The notes under the pieces were generated by a model. It was not told the origin of the DNA. It worked only from the letters and a program-made list of their open reading frames with translations, and ran no database searches. From Candidatus Spongiisociaceae bacterium (lineage in GTDB: Bacteria; Actinomycetota; Acidimicrobiia; Spongiisociales; Spongiisociaceae), in the NCBI GenBank assembly GCA_965262915.1, contig OZ253564.1, forward strand, positions 3,040,001 through 3,104,000: DNA of 64,000 nucleotides, given 5' to 3'. Of this stretch, positions 16,913-26,894 are shown piece after piece. The stretch's first letter is position 1, and each line of letters begins with the position of its first letter. The translations under genes were made by a program, and so were the position numbers.

Positions 16913-18958
16913 TCAGTTCCCGATGTACTCCTCCAGGGGGAACCGTATCCAGGAGGTCGCGGACAACGATTCCAGATCCGATCCCTTGAGTCCCGCGGCG
17001 GAGAGGGTGAACAGGGTGTCACCCACCACGAGCGATCGCTCGATAGGGAGGGGGCCCATGCCGCCATAGTAGAGGGTGTCGCCATCGGAAAGATCGACCT
17101 CGTGTTCGATGCTCCCGCGCTGCTCCATGCCCTCCCGGCCCACATCGATGACCATCGCGTGGTGGAAATCGGTCCAGACGTCCGATTCTTCGTCGTACTC
17201 CCACGACCCGATGGGCAACACAGCGATTCCGGTCGGTGGCCAATATAGAAAAGCGCGATGGTCGAACTCGACCTCCGAGAACGATGACTCCGGCAACGTC
17301 AGCTGATGTGCCCGGACCGGGTTGGCCAGATCGGAGACATCGAAGATGGAGACCTGCGTTCCCATGATCCGGCCCTCCTCATCGGCGTCCTGGCCCACGC
17401 CGAGCAGCAGCCCGTCGCCGATCGGGTGCAGGTAGGCCGAGTAACCCAGGATCTTGAGTTCACCCACGACTTTCGGGTCGGCCGGGTCGGACAGGTCGAT
17501 CGTGTAGAGCGGGTCGGTCTCGCGGAAGGTCACGACGTAGCCGATGTCGCCCATGAATCGGACTGCGTATATCCGTTCTCCCCGGCCGAGGCCACCAACC
17601 GAACCTACGACCAGAAGCTCTCTCCCGTTCCGTTCCAGAACGTCCACGCGGCTGTCCGGCTCTTCGTCGCTCCACCACCATGGCGGCGCACTCGTGGAAG
17701 CCACGCGGAGATAACCGTCGTGCTCGGACATGGCGAACTGGTCCAGCAGGAAGCCTTCCACGGACCCGCTCGCCTCGTAGACCGGGCCTTCGGGGCCGCC
17801 GATGCCGAAGCGGTGGATATGGGTGGCCAACCCGCTGATATCCTCGTCGTCCGAGTCGATCCACCGATGGTTCGCCACGTAGAGGCGGTCGGTCGACGCG
17901 TAGACAGTATCGCCTCCCGACATTACGCTGGCCACCGATTCCACGTCGATCGCTTCGCTCATATCGAAGGTCAGCACCGAGACGACGGCGATGCCCGAGA
18001 ACTCCTGGGGGGTGTAAGCCGCGGAGCAGTCGATCATGACCCCTCTCGTGGCTGAATCATCCGGGCCTCGGTTCAACACGTAGCTTGGGGCCCAGTCCTC
18101 CAGTGTCGACTCTGCGATCAACTGCCGGTTGATCTCCTTCGCCCGCGACTTCTCCGGTTCGGAATGCGAGGAGGAGTAGTCGAACTCATCGCTGACCCTC
18201 GGTTCGAAGGTCAGCGCCAGAGCTACCCTATCCCCGACCAGCCGGGCTGCAATCAACTCTCCATCCACCACAAGAGTGTTCGCGACCCGCATCCGCTCGG
18301 GCTCAGAGAGATCGATCTGCAACACCAGCGTTGTGACGCGACCGCCGTCGGAATACGTTGATGCCAAGACGAGGGCGCTGTCGCCGCTCATGAACATCTG
18401 GTGGTACCAGAGATCGGTGGTCCCCCATGAGAGGAGCGGCAACCCTGAGACCAACTCCGGGGGACCGGAAGAGACATCTATGTAGTACAGGATCCCGCCG
18501 GCCAAGGCCAGAATACGTTTGCCATCCGTCTTCACGATGTCAGGTTCGTCGACCTCCAGTTCCTGTACGTTGGTGGTGGAGTAGTCCACTCCCGGTCTCA
18601 GCATGGAAGCTCCCACGCTGTCCTGCCCGGTGGCCGCGGTCGTCGCCACGGCGGCTGTCGTGGTGGCCGCCGACCAGCCTTCGCCCTCGAAACCCCAGGG
18701 TCCGACCTGTTCGGTCGCAACTCGCTTGACGTGGTTGAGAAACGCGTCGCAGGTCTCGAAGTCCACCAGTTGCGATCCGAACAGGCCGATGGGCCGGATT
18801 GGGTTATCCCCTTCCGAGCCGATTGGACTGTCGACTAACGTGCCGAAACCGCTCGATACAGTCGGCTCGGTAGTGTCGGAGACCGGTTCGGTGGTGTCGG
18901 AGACACAGGCGGTCAAAACCGCCACCAGCGCCACTAGCCGGATTGCGTATTTCCTCAT
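16913..18958 (-). CDS. secreted beta-propeller domain lipoprotein 1 (Beta_propel/COG4880-like)
   Basis: Lipobox LTAC; YSTTNVQE..DEPDIVKTDG, FAMSEHDGYLRVAST, YVVTFRETDPLY, GELKILGYSAYLHP. Confidence 0.88.
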   Translation of the reverse strand: MRKYAIRLVALVAVLTACVSDTTEPVSDTTEPTVSSGFGTLVDSPIGSEGDNPIRPIGLFGSQLVDFETCDAFLNHVKRVATEQVGPWGFEGEGWSAATTTAAVATTAATGQDSVGASMLRPGVDYSTTNVQELEVDEPDIVKTDGKRILALAGGILYYIDVSSGPPELVSGLPLLSWGTTDLWYHQMFMSGDSALVLASTYSDGGRVTTLVLQIDLSEPERMRVANTLVVDGELIAARLVGDRVALALTFEPRVSDEFDYSSSHSEPEKSRAKEINRQLIAESTLEDWAPSYVLNRGPDDSATRGVMIDCSAAYTPQEFSGIAVVSVLTFDMSEAIDVESVASVMSGGDTVYASTDRLYVANHRWIDSDDEDISGLATHIHRFGIGGPEGPVYEASGSVEGFLLDQFAMSEHDGYLRVASTSAPPWWWSDEEPDSRVDVLERNGRELLVVGSVGGLGRGERIYAVRFMGDIGYVVTFRETDPLYTIDLSDPADPKVVGELKILGYSAYLHPIGDGLLLGVGQDADEEGRIMGTQVSIFDVSDLANPVRAHQLTLPESSFSEVEFDHRAFLYWPPTGIAVLPIGSWEYDEESDVWTDFHHAMVIDVGREGMEQRGSIEHEVDLSDGDTLYYGGMGPLPIERSLVVGDTLFTLSAAGLKGSDLESLSATSWIRFPLEEYIGN

Positions 18959-18992
18959 GATCAGTCCTTCCGGAGCGCTACTCGGTAGGTAT

Positions 18993-19020
18993 GACGCCGG
19001 CGACTGCGCCAAAGGTTCCC
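18993..19020 (-). promoter_or_regulatory. ECF-sigma-type promoter GGGAACCT-N16-CGTC
   Basis: Same motif and spacing before all three propeller genes. Confidence 0.75.
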
Positions 19021-19150
19021 GATGTCGGTCAGGCGGTCGGGAGACGTTCCCGCACGGCCCCCGCTCCAGTACCCGGGCAACCGCCCACCACGATGACGAG
19101 CCATCGATCACCTGTGGCGCTGGTCATGGCCCCGGCCGGGTAGAGGTGGC

Positions 19151-21229
19151 TCAGCTGGCGGCGTACTCCTCGATGGGAAACCGTATCCAGGAGGTCTCGG
19201 ACAGGGAATCGAGGTCGGATCCTTGGAGTCCCAACCAGGAGAGGGTGAAGAGGGTGTCACCGACGACCAGGGAACGGGAGATCGGAACGGACGCCATATA
19301 CGAGTAGAGGTCGTAACCAAGCAATGGCTCATACTCGATATCAGGATCGATTTCCTGGCGGATCCTGCCGAGTTCGTCGATTCCGTCGGGTCCGACGTCG
19401 AGTACGGCAGCCTCGTTGAAGCTCACCCAGTTGTCATCTCCGTCTCTGTAGTCCCACCATCCGATGGGTAGGACCGCGATACCGGTCGGAGGCCAGTAGA
19501 GGAAGGCGTGGTGGTCGAACTCGGCCTGGGATCTGGAGAACTCCGGGAACGTGTACTGGTGTATCCGGATCGGGTTGGCCAGATCCGAGACATCGAATAC
19601 GGACACCTGCGTACCGCTGGTCCTCCCCTGCTCGTCGGCGTCCTGGCCCACACCCAGCAGCAGCCCCTCCCCGATCGGGTGCAGGTAGGCGGAATAGCCC
19701 AGGATCTTGAGTTCCCCGACCACCTTCGGCGCGGTGGGGTCGGACAGGTCGATCGTGTAGAGAGGATCGGTCTGGCGGAACGTGACAACGTAGCCGATCT
19801 CGCCCATAAAGCGCACCGCGAAGATCTGTTCGCCCTCACCGAGACCTGCCACCGACCCCACAACATGTAGCTCCCGGCCGTCCCGTTCCAGCACGTCCAC
19901 GCGGCTCTCGGAAGTCCCGTCAGTGCGCCACCACCAGGTCGGCATATCCGTGGACGCCACCCTCAGGTAGCCGTCGTGCTCGGACATCGCGAACTGGTTG
20001 AGCAGGATACCGTCGACGGATCCGCTCGCTTCGTAGACCGGCCCGCCGGCACCGCTGATATCGAAGCGGTGGATATGGGTCGTTATGCCCTCCACATCGT
20101 CTTCGCCCGCTTCGTCCCGGTCGATCCAGCGGTGGCTGGCCACGTAGAGGCGGTCGGTGGACGCATAGACGGTGTCGCCTCCCGACATGACGGTGGCCAC
20201 TTGGTCCACAGCGACGCCCTCCGTGAGGTCGAACGTGACCACCGAGAGGGTGTCGAACCCGGAGAACTCCTGGGGTGCGTAACCGGAGGAGCAGTCGATC
20301 AGCGAGCCCTCCGAGGCTACCCCTCCGTCGGGCACTTTCAGCTCGTACCGGGGCGCCCAGTGCTCCAGAGCCGATTCCTCGATGACGCTGCGGTTGACCC
20401 TCTCCGCCCGCAACTCGGCCGACTCGGTGCTGGAGGAGGGGTAGACGAACTCGGAGCCTATCGTCGGCGAGGCGCTCACGACCAAGGCCACCCGTTCGCC
20501 GACCAGCCGGGCGGAAACGAAACCGGCCTCGATCATGAGGGTGCTGACCACACGCATTTCGTCGGGATCGGAGAGGTCGACCTGCGCAACCAGCGTGATG
20601 TCCTGGTCTGCTCTCGCGTAAGGATCGAGACCATGCGCCATCAGCAGAACGGTATCGCCGCTCATGAAGATCTGCTGGTTCCAAAGGTCCATGTCGTTCC
20701 ATGACAGCAACGGCATAGACGAGACCAACTCCGGGACACCGGATGAAACATCTATGTAGTGCAGAGCGCGGTAACCCACGGCCAGAATGCGGCCCCCGTC
20801 GGTCTTGACAAGGTCGGGCTCATCGACTCCTACCTCCTGAACATTGGTGGTGGAGTAGTCCACCACCGCGTCCGCCTGTGCGGACACCGATGCGTCGGAG
20901 GGGGCATCCGCGGCCTCCTCCTCGACCATCATCTGGACCGTTTCTCTTAGGAGGGGATTGTCCTTGTTGAATCCGTAGGGTCCTACCCGTTCGAGCGCCT
21001 CAGCCTTGATATGGGCGAGGAAGGCTTCACACGAGTCGAACTCCACCAACTCCGATGCGAACAGCCCCACGGGTCCGTCCGGAACGGTTCCAGTCGTTGG
21101 GGCGACGGTGTCTACGGTGGAGTCGGCGCCGGTTCCCGTCAGGCTCGTCACAGCCGGTTCGGTGGCCTCGGCCGCGCAGGCGCCCACCAAGACCGCCAGT
21201 GCGACCAGCCGGATTGCAATCTTGCTCAT
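19151..21229 (-). CDS. secreted beta-propeller domain lipoprotein 2
   Basis: Lipobox VGAC, Thr-rich linker, same motifs as paralog 1; GAAGGAAG RBS. Confidence 0.88.
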   Translation of the reverse strand: MSKIAIRLVALAVLVGACAAEATEPAVTSLTGTGADSTVDTVAPTTGTVPDGPVGLFASELVEFDSCEAFLAHIKAEALERVGPYGFNKDNPLLRETVQMMVEEEAADAPSDASVSAQADAVVDYSTTNVQEVGVDEPDLVKTDGGRILAVGYRALHYIDVSSGVPELVSSMPLLSWNDMDLWNQQIFMSGDTVLLMAHGLDPYARADQDITLVAQVDLSDPDEMRVVSTLMIEAGFVSARLVGERVALVVSASPTIGSEFVYPSSSTESAELRAERVNRSVIEESALEHWAPRYELKVPDGGVASEGSLIDCSSGYAPQEFSGFDTLSVVTFDLTEGVAVDQVATVMSGGDTVYASTDRLYVASHRWIDRDEAGEDDVEGITTHIHRFDISGAGGPVYEASGSVDGILLNQFAMSEHDGYLRVASTDMPTWWWRTDGTSESRVDVLERDGRELHVVGSVAGLGEGEQIFAVRFMGEIGYVVTFRQTDPLYTIDLSDPTAPKVVGELKILGYSAYLHPIGEGLLLGVGQDADEQGRTSGTQVSVFDVSDLANPIRIHQYTFPEFSRSQAEFDHHAFLYWPPTGIAVLPIGWWDYRDGDDNWVSFNEAAVLDVGPDGIDELGRIRQEIDPDIEYEPLLGYDLYSYMASVPISRSLVVGDTLFTLSWLGLQGSDLDSLSETSWIRFPIEEYAAS

Positions 21230-21277
21230 CACCGCTTCCTTCTGGAATCTCTTCCATTCTGACCAGTTGAGAGGTGA

Positions 21278-21305
21278 GACGTATCGGAGACCACGGCAGG
21301 TTCCC
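21278..21305 (-). promoter_or_regulatory. ECF-sigma-type promoter GGGAACCT-N16-CGTC
   Basis: Same motif and spacing as 18993-19020 and 24017-24044. Confidence 0.75.
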
Positions 21306-21779
21306 GCCGTCGGCCGGGAATGTGATGGATTCCGGCGGATACTCATCAGTGCTTGACGAAATAGTTGCTGTCACGGTTGGCGGGTTTGTACGGACCACCG
21401 CAGATCGCGCCAGGCCACCGCGGTGAGGAAGATCCGGCGAAGGAGACCTCCGCCGCGATCATCACCCGAATCGCGCAACCAGACCGCCAAGAACGCCGCT
21501 GCCGGCGCTTGCTCAGGGGCCTCCCCGTCCACCACAGTGCCTGGGCTCGGAGCGCGTCCTCCCCGCCCCCTCCGGAAGGCTGTCGGGCACCGAGATTCCT
21601 GATCCTTTGGGCGGTCGAGCGACGTCCGGTTCGTCATGGCCCTGCTGTTTGGTACCTCCAATAGTGCAACACAGGTGTGACAGCATCAACCCCACGCGGG
21701 GCGCGGTGGCTCGAGCCGGCCGCCCGCCTTCCCGCGTCGCTTCCTCTACGCGACTGCCGGCCGCCGGTCGACCTTCCCG

Positions 21780-21826
21780 GCTGACTCCGGTCGACGACCC
21801 GCTATAGGTCATCGACCGGAGTCGGC
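21780..21826. terminator. ~20-bp stem hairpin downstream of propeller 3
   Basis: GCTGACTCCGGTCGACGACC / GGTCATCGACCGGAGTCGGC inverted repeat with 7-nt loop; no U-tract. Confidence 0.5.
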
Positions 21827-21890
21827 TACCGGCGGTACCGAACCGCAATGTCGGCGTCGACGTCGTCCACCACCGCGGATGCTGCCAGCC

Positions 21891-23966
21891 TCAATAGCGG
21901 TAGGTAGACGACTCGTACGGGAACCTCGTCCAGGAGGTCTCGGACACCGATGTCAGGTCCGTTCCGGCCAGGCCGGCGTCGGAGAGGGTGAAGATCGTCT
22001 GGCCTATGACGAGTGATCGTCGGATGGGAACGTATCTCCAGTAGTACGAACCCCGATCGAACTCGGGAGCGTCCTCGGGGGGTTCGTGTTCGATGGTGCC
22101 GAGTTCTTCGATGCCGTCGGGTCCGACGCCGAGCACGATCGCCCCTTGGTATATCCCTCTCCTGCCCGACTCGTCCCTATCTCCCCACCATCCGACTGGC
22201 AGGACAGCGGTTCCGGTCGGGTGCCAATAGAGGAACGCCCGGTGGTTGAACTCGACCTCGGTTCTCGATGACTCCGGAAGCGTGAACTGGTGGGTCCGGA
22301 CCGGTTTCGCCAGATCCGACACGTCGAAGATGGACACCTGCGTTCCCTTGACTCGGCCTACCTCGTCGGCATCCCGGCCCACACCGAGCAACAGTCCTTC
22401 GCCGATCGGGTGCAGGTAGGCCGAGTAGCCCAGGATCTTCAACTCGCCCGCCACCTTCGGGTCGCTCGGGTCGGACAGATCGATGGTGTAGAGCGGGTCG
22501 GTCTGGCGGAAGGTCACCACGTAGCCGACCTCCCCGATGAACCGCACCGCGAATATCCGTTCTCCCTTGCCGAGGCCGGCCACCGACCCCACGGCCCTCA
22601 GCTCGCCCCCATCCCGTTCGAGAACGTCCACGCGGCTCTCGGAAGCCTCGCTACGCCACCAACCCCACACCGGGGCGTCGGTGGACGCCACCCGCAGGTA
22701 GCCGTTGTGCTCGGACATGGCGAACTGGTTGAGCAGGAATCCGTCCACCGAACCGCTCGCCTCGTAGACAGGTCCATCGGACCCGCCGATGGCGAACCGG
22801 TGGATCCGGGTAGTGATCCCTTTGGCGTCGGCCGCGTCGAAGTTGTTCCGGTCGATCCACCGCCGGTTCGCCACGTACAGGCGGTCGGCGGACGCGTAGA
22901 CGGTGTCGCCTCCCGCCATGACGGTGGCCACCTCCCCCACGCCGATGTTCTCGGCGAGGTCGAGGTTCAGCACCGAGAGGAGGCCGAACCCGGAGAACTC
23001 CTGCGGTGCGTAGTTGGCCGAGCATTTGATCAGCCTTCCCTCTCTGGCGGTTCGCGAGTTCCGGACTCTCAGCTCGTATCCGGGTAGCCAGTGCGCCAGC
23101 GTCGACTCCTTGATGGCCGCGCGATTGGCCCGCTCCGCTCTGGCCATGGCCGACTCGGACATGCTGGCGGGATAGACGAACTCCGACTCGATACGGGGCA
23201 TGGACGACAGCACCAGGCTGGCCCGTTCACCCACCAGCCGGGACGATACGAGGCTTCCCTCGATCGAGAGACTCCTCACCACGCGGAGGACCACGGGTTG
23301 GGAGAGATCGATCTGCACGATCACCGTCTCGACGCCGGGCTCCCGGAGCGGCTCGTACCGGTATCCGGACATCATGAGGAGAGCGGTGTCACCGCTCAGG
23401 AACAATTCGATATCCGGCGATCCCAACCCGCGCCGGAGGGGGTTGTACCAAGGCCACAGGTCGTACGTGGACACCAATGCGGGAGCACCCGACGACACGT
23501 CGATGTAGTACAGGACACCCTGAGCGAGCGCCAGGATCCGTGTACCGTCCGTCTTCACGATGTCCGGTTCGTCGACGCCCACCTCTTGGACGTTGGTGGT
23601 GGAGTAGTCCACGCCGGCGGTGAGCCTGGTGGACCCGCCGGCCGCCCCGCCGGCCGCCCGACCGGAATCCTCTTCCGCTGCAGCCTCCGCAGCATCCTCA
23701 GCTCCGAAGAAAGTGAGCGGACGGCCCCTGGCGAACCCGTACGGACCGACCCGCGCCAACGCCTCGCTCTTGAGGTGGTCGAGGAAGGCATCGCAGGTGT
23801 CGAAGCCGACCAGTTGCGATGGGGAGGGATCTGACGGTTGTTCGGTATCGGCGGCCACGAGGCCGGACTCCGTTTGCTTCGGGGCGGGCTCCGACAGGGC
23901 AAGACCGGGGTTTGCGGCGGTGAGCAGCATCACCAGGGCCACCATCCATCCTACGTGCTTCCTCAT
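21891..23966 (-). CDS. secreted beta-propeller domain protein 3 (signal peptide, no lipobox Cys)
   Basis: MRKHVGWMVALVMLLTAANPGLALS signal; same propeller motifs. Confidence 0.88.
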   Translation of the reverse strand: MRKHVGWMVALVMLLTAANPGLALSEPAPKQTESGLVAADTEQPSDPSPSQLVGFDTCDAFLDHLKSEALARVGPYGFARGRPLTFFGAEDAAEAAAEEDSGRAAGGAAGGSTRLTAGVDYSTTNVQEVGVDEPDIVKTDGTRILALAQGVLYYIDVSSGAPALVSTYDLWPWYNPLRRGLGSPDIELFLSGDTALLMMSGYRYEPLREPGVETVIVQIDLSQPVVLRVVRSLSIEGSLVSSRLVGERASLVLSSMPRIESEFVYPASMSESAMARAERANRAAIKESTLAHWLPGYELRVRNSRTAREGRLIKCSANYAPQEFSGFGLLSVLNLDLAENIGVGEVATVMAGGDTVYASADRLYVANRRWIDRNNFDAADAKGITTRIHRFAIGGSDGPVYEASGSVDGFLLNQFAMSEHNGYLRVASTDAPVWGWWRSEASESRVDVLERDGGELRAVGSVAGLGKGERIFAVRFIGEVGYVVTFRQTDPLYTIDLSDPSDPKVAGELKILGYSAYLHPIGEGLLLGVGRDADEVGRVKGTQVSIFDVSDLAKPVRTHQFTLPESSRTEVEFNHRAFLYWHPTGTAVLPVGWWGDRDESGRRGIYQGAIVLGVGPDGIEELGTIEHEPPEDAPEFDRGSYYWRYVPIRRSLVIGQTIFTLSDAGLAGTDLTSVSETSWTRFPYESSTYRY

Positions 23967-24016
23967 GATCGGTTCCTTCCAGGAGTCATCCAGCCGGGTG
24001 TTCTCTCGGTAGTTAG

Positions 24017-24044
24017 GACGTACGGTAGATGTCGCAAGGTTCCC
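24017..24044 (-). promoter_or_regulatory. ECF-sigma-type promoter GGGAACCT-N16-CGTC
   Basis: Third copy of the motif. Confidence 0.75.
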
Positions 24045-24197
24045 GCCGCGTCGGAGATAGGACGGTTTGGACAAACCTGCCGTCACCGCGCGCCCGATGA
24101 CCTCCCCGCGCCGCCGTCCTGCAATGGGTTACCAACATGGCGATGGGGCAATTACCCTTGGGGATACAGATCTACGCATCTACCGGGAGAACCACCG

Positions 24198-24956
24198 TTG
24201 ACGGATACCGTCCCGCTGCTCGTTATCGAAGACCTTCATGTGGCCGTTGACGGCCAGCCGATCCTCCAAGGGGTCGATCTGACCACGTTCCGAGGCGAGA
24301 TCCACGCTTTGATGGGTCCGAACGGGTCCGGCAAATCGACCCTCGCCAAGGTGCTGATGGGACATCCAACGTACCGGATCACGTCCGGGAAGGTGTACTT
24401 CGACGGGGAGGACATCACCGGGGCCGATACGCCTTCGCGGGCCCGGATGGGCATGTTCCTCGCCTTCCAGTACCCCGAGGAGATACCGGGAGTGTCGGTG
24501 GTCAACTTCCTCCGTACCGCTTTGAGCAACCGGAGCGGGATCGACTACACGGTCCTCGAATTGCGCCTGCGAGTGATGGACGCCATGTCGTCCCTGGGCA
24601 TGGACTCCGCCTTCGCTGATCGGTACGTCAACCAGGGATTCTCGGGTGGGGAGCGCAAGCGCAACGAGGTACTGCAGATGGCGGTGCTCGAACCCGATCT
24701 GGTCATCATGGACGAGACCGACTCGGGACTGGACATCGACGCCCTCGGCATCGTGGCCGAGGGCGTGAACCGGCTGGCCGGACCGGAACGGGGTTTCCTG
24801 ATCATCACCCACTACCAGCGCCTCCTCGACCACATCACCCCCGATGTCGTCCACGTTCTGGTCGACGGCCGCATCGTCGAGTCGGGTGGGGCCGGTCTGG
24901 CCCACAGGCTGGAGGCCGACGGCTATGAGGCCTTTCGGGTGACCGCGGCGTCATGA
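24198..24956 (+). CDS. sufC: Fe-S assembly ATPase SufC (paralog 1)
   Basis: GPNGSGKST, LAFQYP, FSGGERKR, DETDSGLD, ITHYQR. Confidence 0.93.
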   Translation: MTDTVPLLVIEDLHVAVDGQPILQGVDLTTFRGEIHALMGPNGSGKSTLAKVLMGHPTYRITSGKVYFDGEDITGADTPSRARMGMFLAFQYPEEIPGVSVVNFLRTALSNRSGIDYTVLELRLRVMDAMSSLGMDSAFADRYVNQGFSGGERKRNEVLQMAVLEPDLVIMDETDSGLDIDALGIVAEGVNRLAGPERGFLIITHYQRLLDHITPDVVHVLVDGRIVESGGAGLAHRLEADGYEAFRVTAAS

Positions 24957-26182
24957 TCGACCCGGGAGCCATCCGCGCCGACTTCCCGATCCTGGACCGG
25001 AGGATCAACGACCGGCCGCTGGTGTTCCTCGACTCGGCGGCCAGCTCCCAGAAGCCCGTCCAGGTGCTCGACGCCATGATGCGCATCTATCGCACTTCCT
25101 ACGCCAACGTTCATCGCGGCGCCTACACCCTCTCGCAGGAATCCACCGAGGCCTACGAGGAGGCCCGCCGCAAGGTGGCCCGGTTCCTCAACGCGACCGG
25201 CGACGAGGAGGTGATCTTCACCCGGAGCGCCACCGCGGGTATGAACCTGTTCGCCTACGGCTGGGGACTCAACACGCTCAAGCCCGGCGACCGGGTTCTC
25301 ACCAGCGTGATGGAACACCACGCCAACATCGTGCCGTGGCACATCATCGCCCGCCATACCGGCGCCGAACTGGCCTACATAGACCTCACCGACGACTTCC
25401 GGCTCGACCTGGCCGGCGCTCGAGACTGCTTCGACGAGCGGGTCAAGATAGTTGCCCTCTCGGGCATGTCCAACGTCTTGGGAACCATGCCCCCGATCAC
25501 CGATATCGCCCGGATGGCGCACGACGTGGGTGCGGTCATGCTGGTCGACGGGGCACAGATGGTTCCCCACTCCCCGGTGGACGTCCAGACGTTGGGGGCC
25601 GACTTCCTGGCCTTCTCGGGGCACAAGATGCTCGGACCCACCGGCATCGGAGTGCTCTGGGGACGGAGGGAGTTGCTGGAGGAGATGGAGCCGGCCGAAG
25701 GCGGAGGCGAGATGATCCGCGACGTCCGCTTGTTCGAATCCACCTGGGCTCCGGTACCGCACAAGTTCGAGGCGGGTACTCCGCCGTTCGTGGAGGCGAT
25801 CGCACTGGGGGCGGCCATCGACTACCTGTCCGACATCGGAATGGACAGCGTTTTGGAGCACGACCGGCAGTTGACCGCCTACGCGCTGGAGCGCCTGGCG
25901 GATGTGCCCAACCTGTCCATCCAGGGACCCACCGATACCACCGACCGGGGCGGGGCGATCAGCTTCGACATTCCCGGCATCCACGCCCACGACGTGGCGA
26001 CCATCCTCGACGAGCAGGGGGTGGCGGTACGGGCCGGGCATCACTGTGCGAAGCCCCTCATGCGCCGCCTGGGTCTGACCGCCACCACCCGGGCATCGTT
26101 CTATATCTACAACGTGCCCGAAGACGTGGATGTCCTGGTCGACGCCCTCGGCGTGGCCCGGCGGCTGTTCGGACTCCCTTGA
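24953..26182 (+). CDS. sufS: cysteine desulfurase SufS
   Basis: LDSAASSQKP, EHHAN, FSGHKM, RAGHHCA. Confidence 0.95.
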   Translation: MIDPGAIRADFPILDRRINDRPLVFLDSAASSQKPVQVLDAMMRIYRTSYANVHRGAYTLSQESTEAYEEARRKVARFLNATGDEEVIFTRSATAGMNLFAYGWGLNTLKPGDRVLTSVMEHHANIVPWHIIARHTGAELAYIDLTDDFRLDLAGARDCFDERVKIVALSGMSNVLGTMPPITDIARMAHDVGAVMLVDGAQMVPHSPVDVQTLGADFLAFSGHKMLGPTGIGVLWGRRELLEEMEPAEGGGEMIRDVRLFESTWAPVPHKFEAGTPPFVEAIALGAAIDYLSDIGMDSVLEHDRQLTAYALERLADVPNLSIQGPTDTTDRGGAISFDIPGIHAHDVATILDEQGVAVRAGHHCAKPLMRRLGLTATTRASFYIYNVPEDVDVLVDALGVARRLFGLP

Positions 26183-26187
26183 GGTAC

Positions 26188-26294
26188 CTAGGAGGGTGCT
26201 GTAAAACGGTGGGGAACAGCGGCCCGTCTTCTTCTGAGCAGTTTCTATGTCATCGACCGATGGGCCGTGAAGGGGTTCTGCACCACCCTTCTAG
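26188..26294. mobile_element. MITE family B copy 3
   Basis: CTAG-GAGGGTG...CACCCTT-CTAG, between sufS and sufU. Confidence 0.85.
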
Positions 26295-26357
26295 ACCGGA
26301 GCAGGCAGGTGGTATTCGTCGGGGATCGGTCCCAGGCTCTATCGTTGGAACCTACCT

Positions 26358-26813
26358 ATGGCGCTTGAAGAGCTGTACCGCGAGGTGATCCTCGACCACT
26401 ACCGGAGCCCCCGGAATCGCCGCGTCCTCCACCAACCCGACGCGAGCGCCGACGGCAACAATCCCCTGTGCGGTGATGAGGTCCACGTCGATCTGCTGAT
26501 CGAGGGGGATGTGATCGTCGATATCGGGATCACCGGGCACGGCTGTTCGATCTCCCAGGCTTCCGGATCCATGATGGGCGACGCCCTCAAGACGAAGTCC
26601 ATCGATGCGGTGCACCGTCTCGCCGACCGCTTCAAGGGCATGATGAGCATCGACGGCGCCACCGACCCGGGACTCGATCCCAACCGTCCGGGGGCGGTGC
26701 TGGGCGATCTCGAAGCCCTCCAAGGCGTGCGCAAGTTCCCGGTGCGGATCAAGTGCGCCGACCTGCCCTGGACCACTCTGGAGGAAGCCCTCAGGGACTA
26801 CGAGGCCGGCTGA
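26358..26813 (+). CDS. sufU: SUF system SufU
   Basis: LYREVILDHY, NPLCGD, GCSISQAS, PVRIKCA. Confidence 0.93.
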   Translation: MALEELYREVILDHYRSPRNRRVLHQPDASADGNNPLCGDEVHVDLLIEGDVIVDIGITGHGCSISQASGSMMGDALKTKSIDAVHRLADRFKGMMSIDGATDPGLDPNRPGAVLGDLEALQGVRKFPVRIKCADLPWTTLEEALRDYEAG

Positions 26814-26814
26814 C

Positions 26815-26894
26815 CACGGCCCGTCGGTCGATGACAAGATGCCTGTTCAGAGGAAGAGGGCTAACCATCTACCCGTTCTTGAGCACCCTCTTAG
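26815..26894. mobile_element. MITE family B copy 4 (left end missing)
   Basis: CACGGCCCGTCGGTCGATGACA...GAGCACCCTCTTAG abutting IS1380. Confidence 0.75.

Noticed and set aside
21371-21661. 96-aa ORF with faint ECF sigma region-2 resemblance (AFLAVW...IFLTAVA)
   Set aside because: Too short and weak; overlaps a MITE-like relic; cannot be supported without a profile search
16913-23966. Diversity-generating retroelement or invertase-driven cassette switching behind the propeller paralogs
   Set aside because: No reverse transcriptase, template repeat, recombinase or adenine-specific mismatch pattern is visible; similarity fits ordinary duplication
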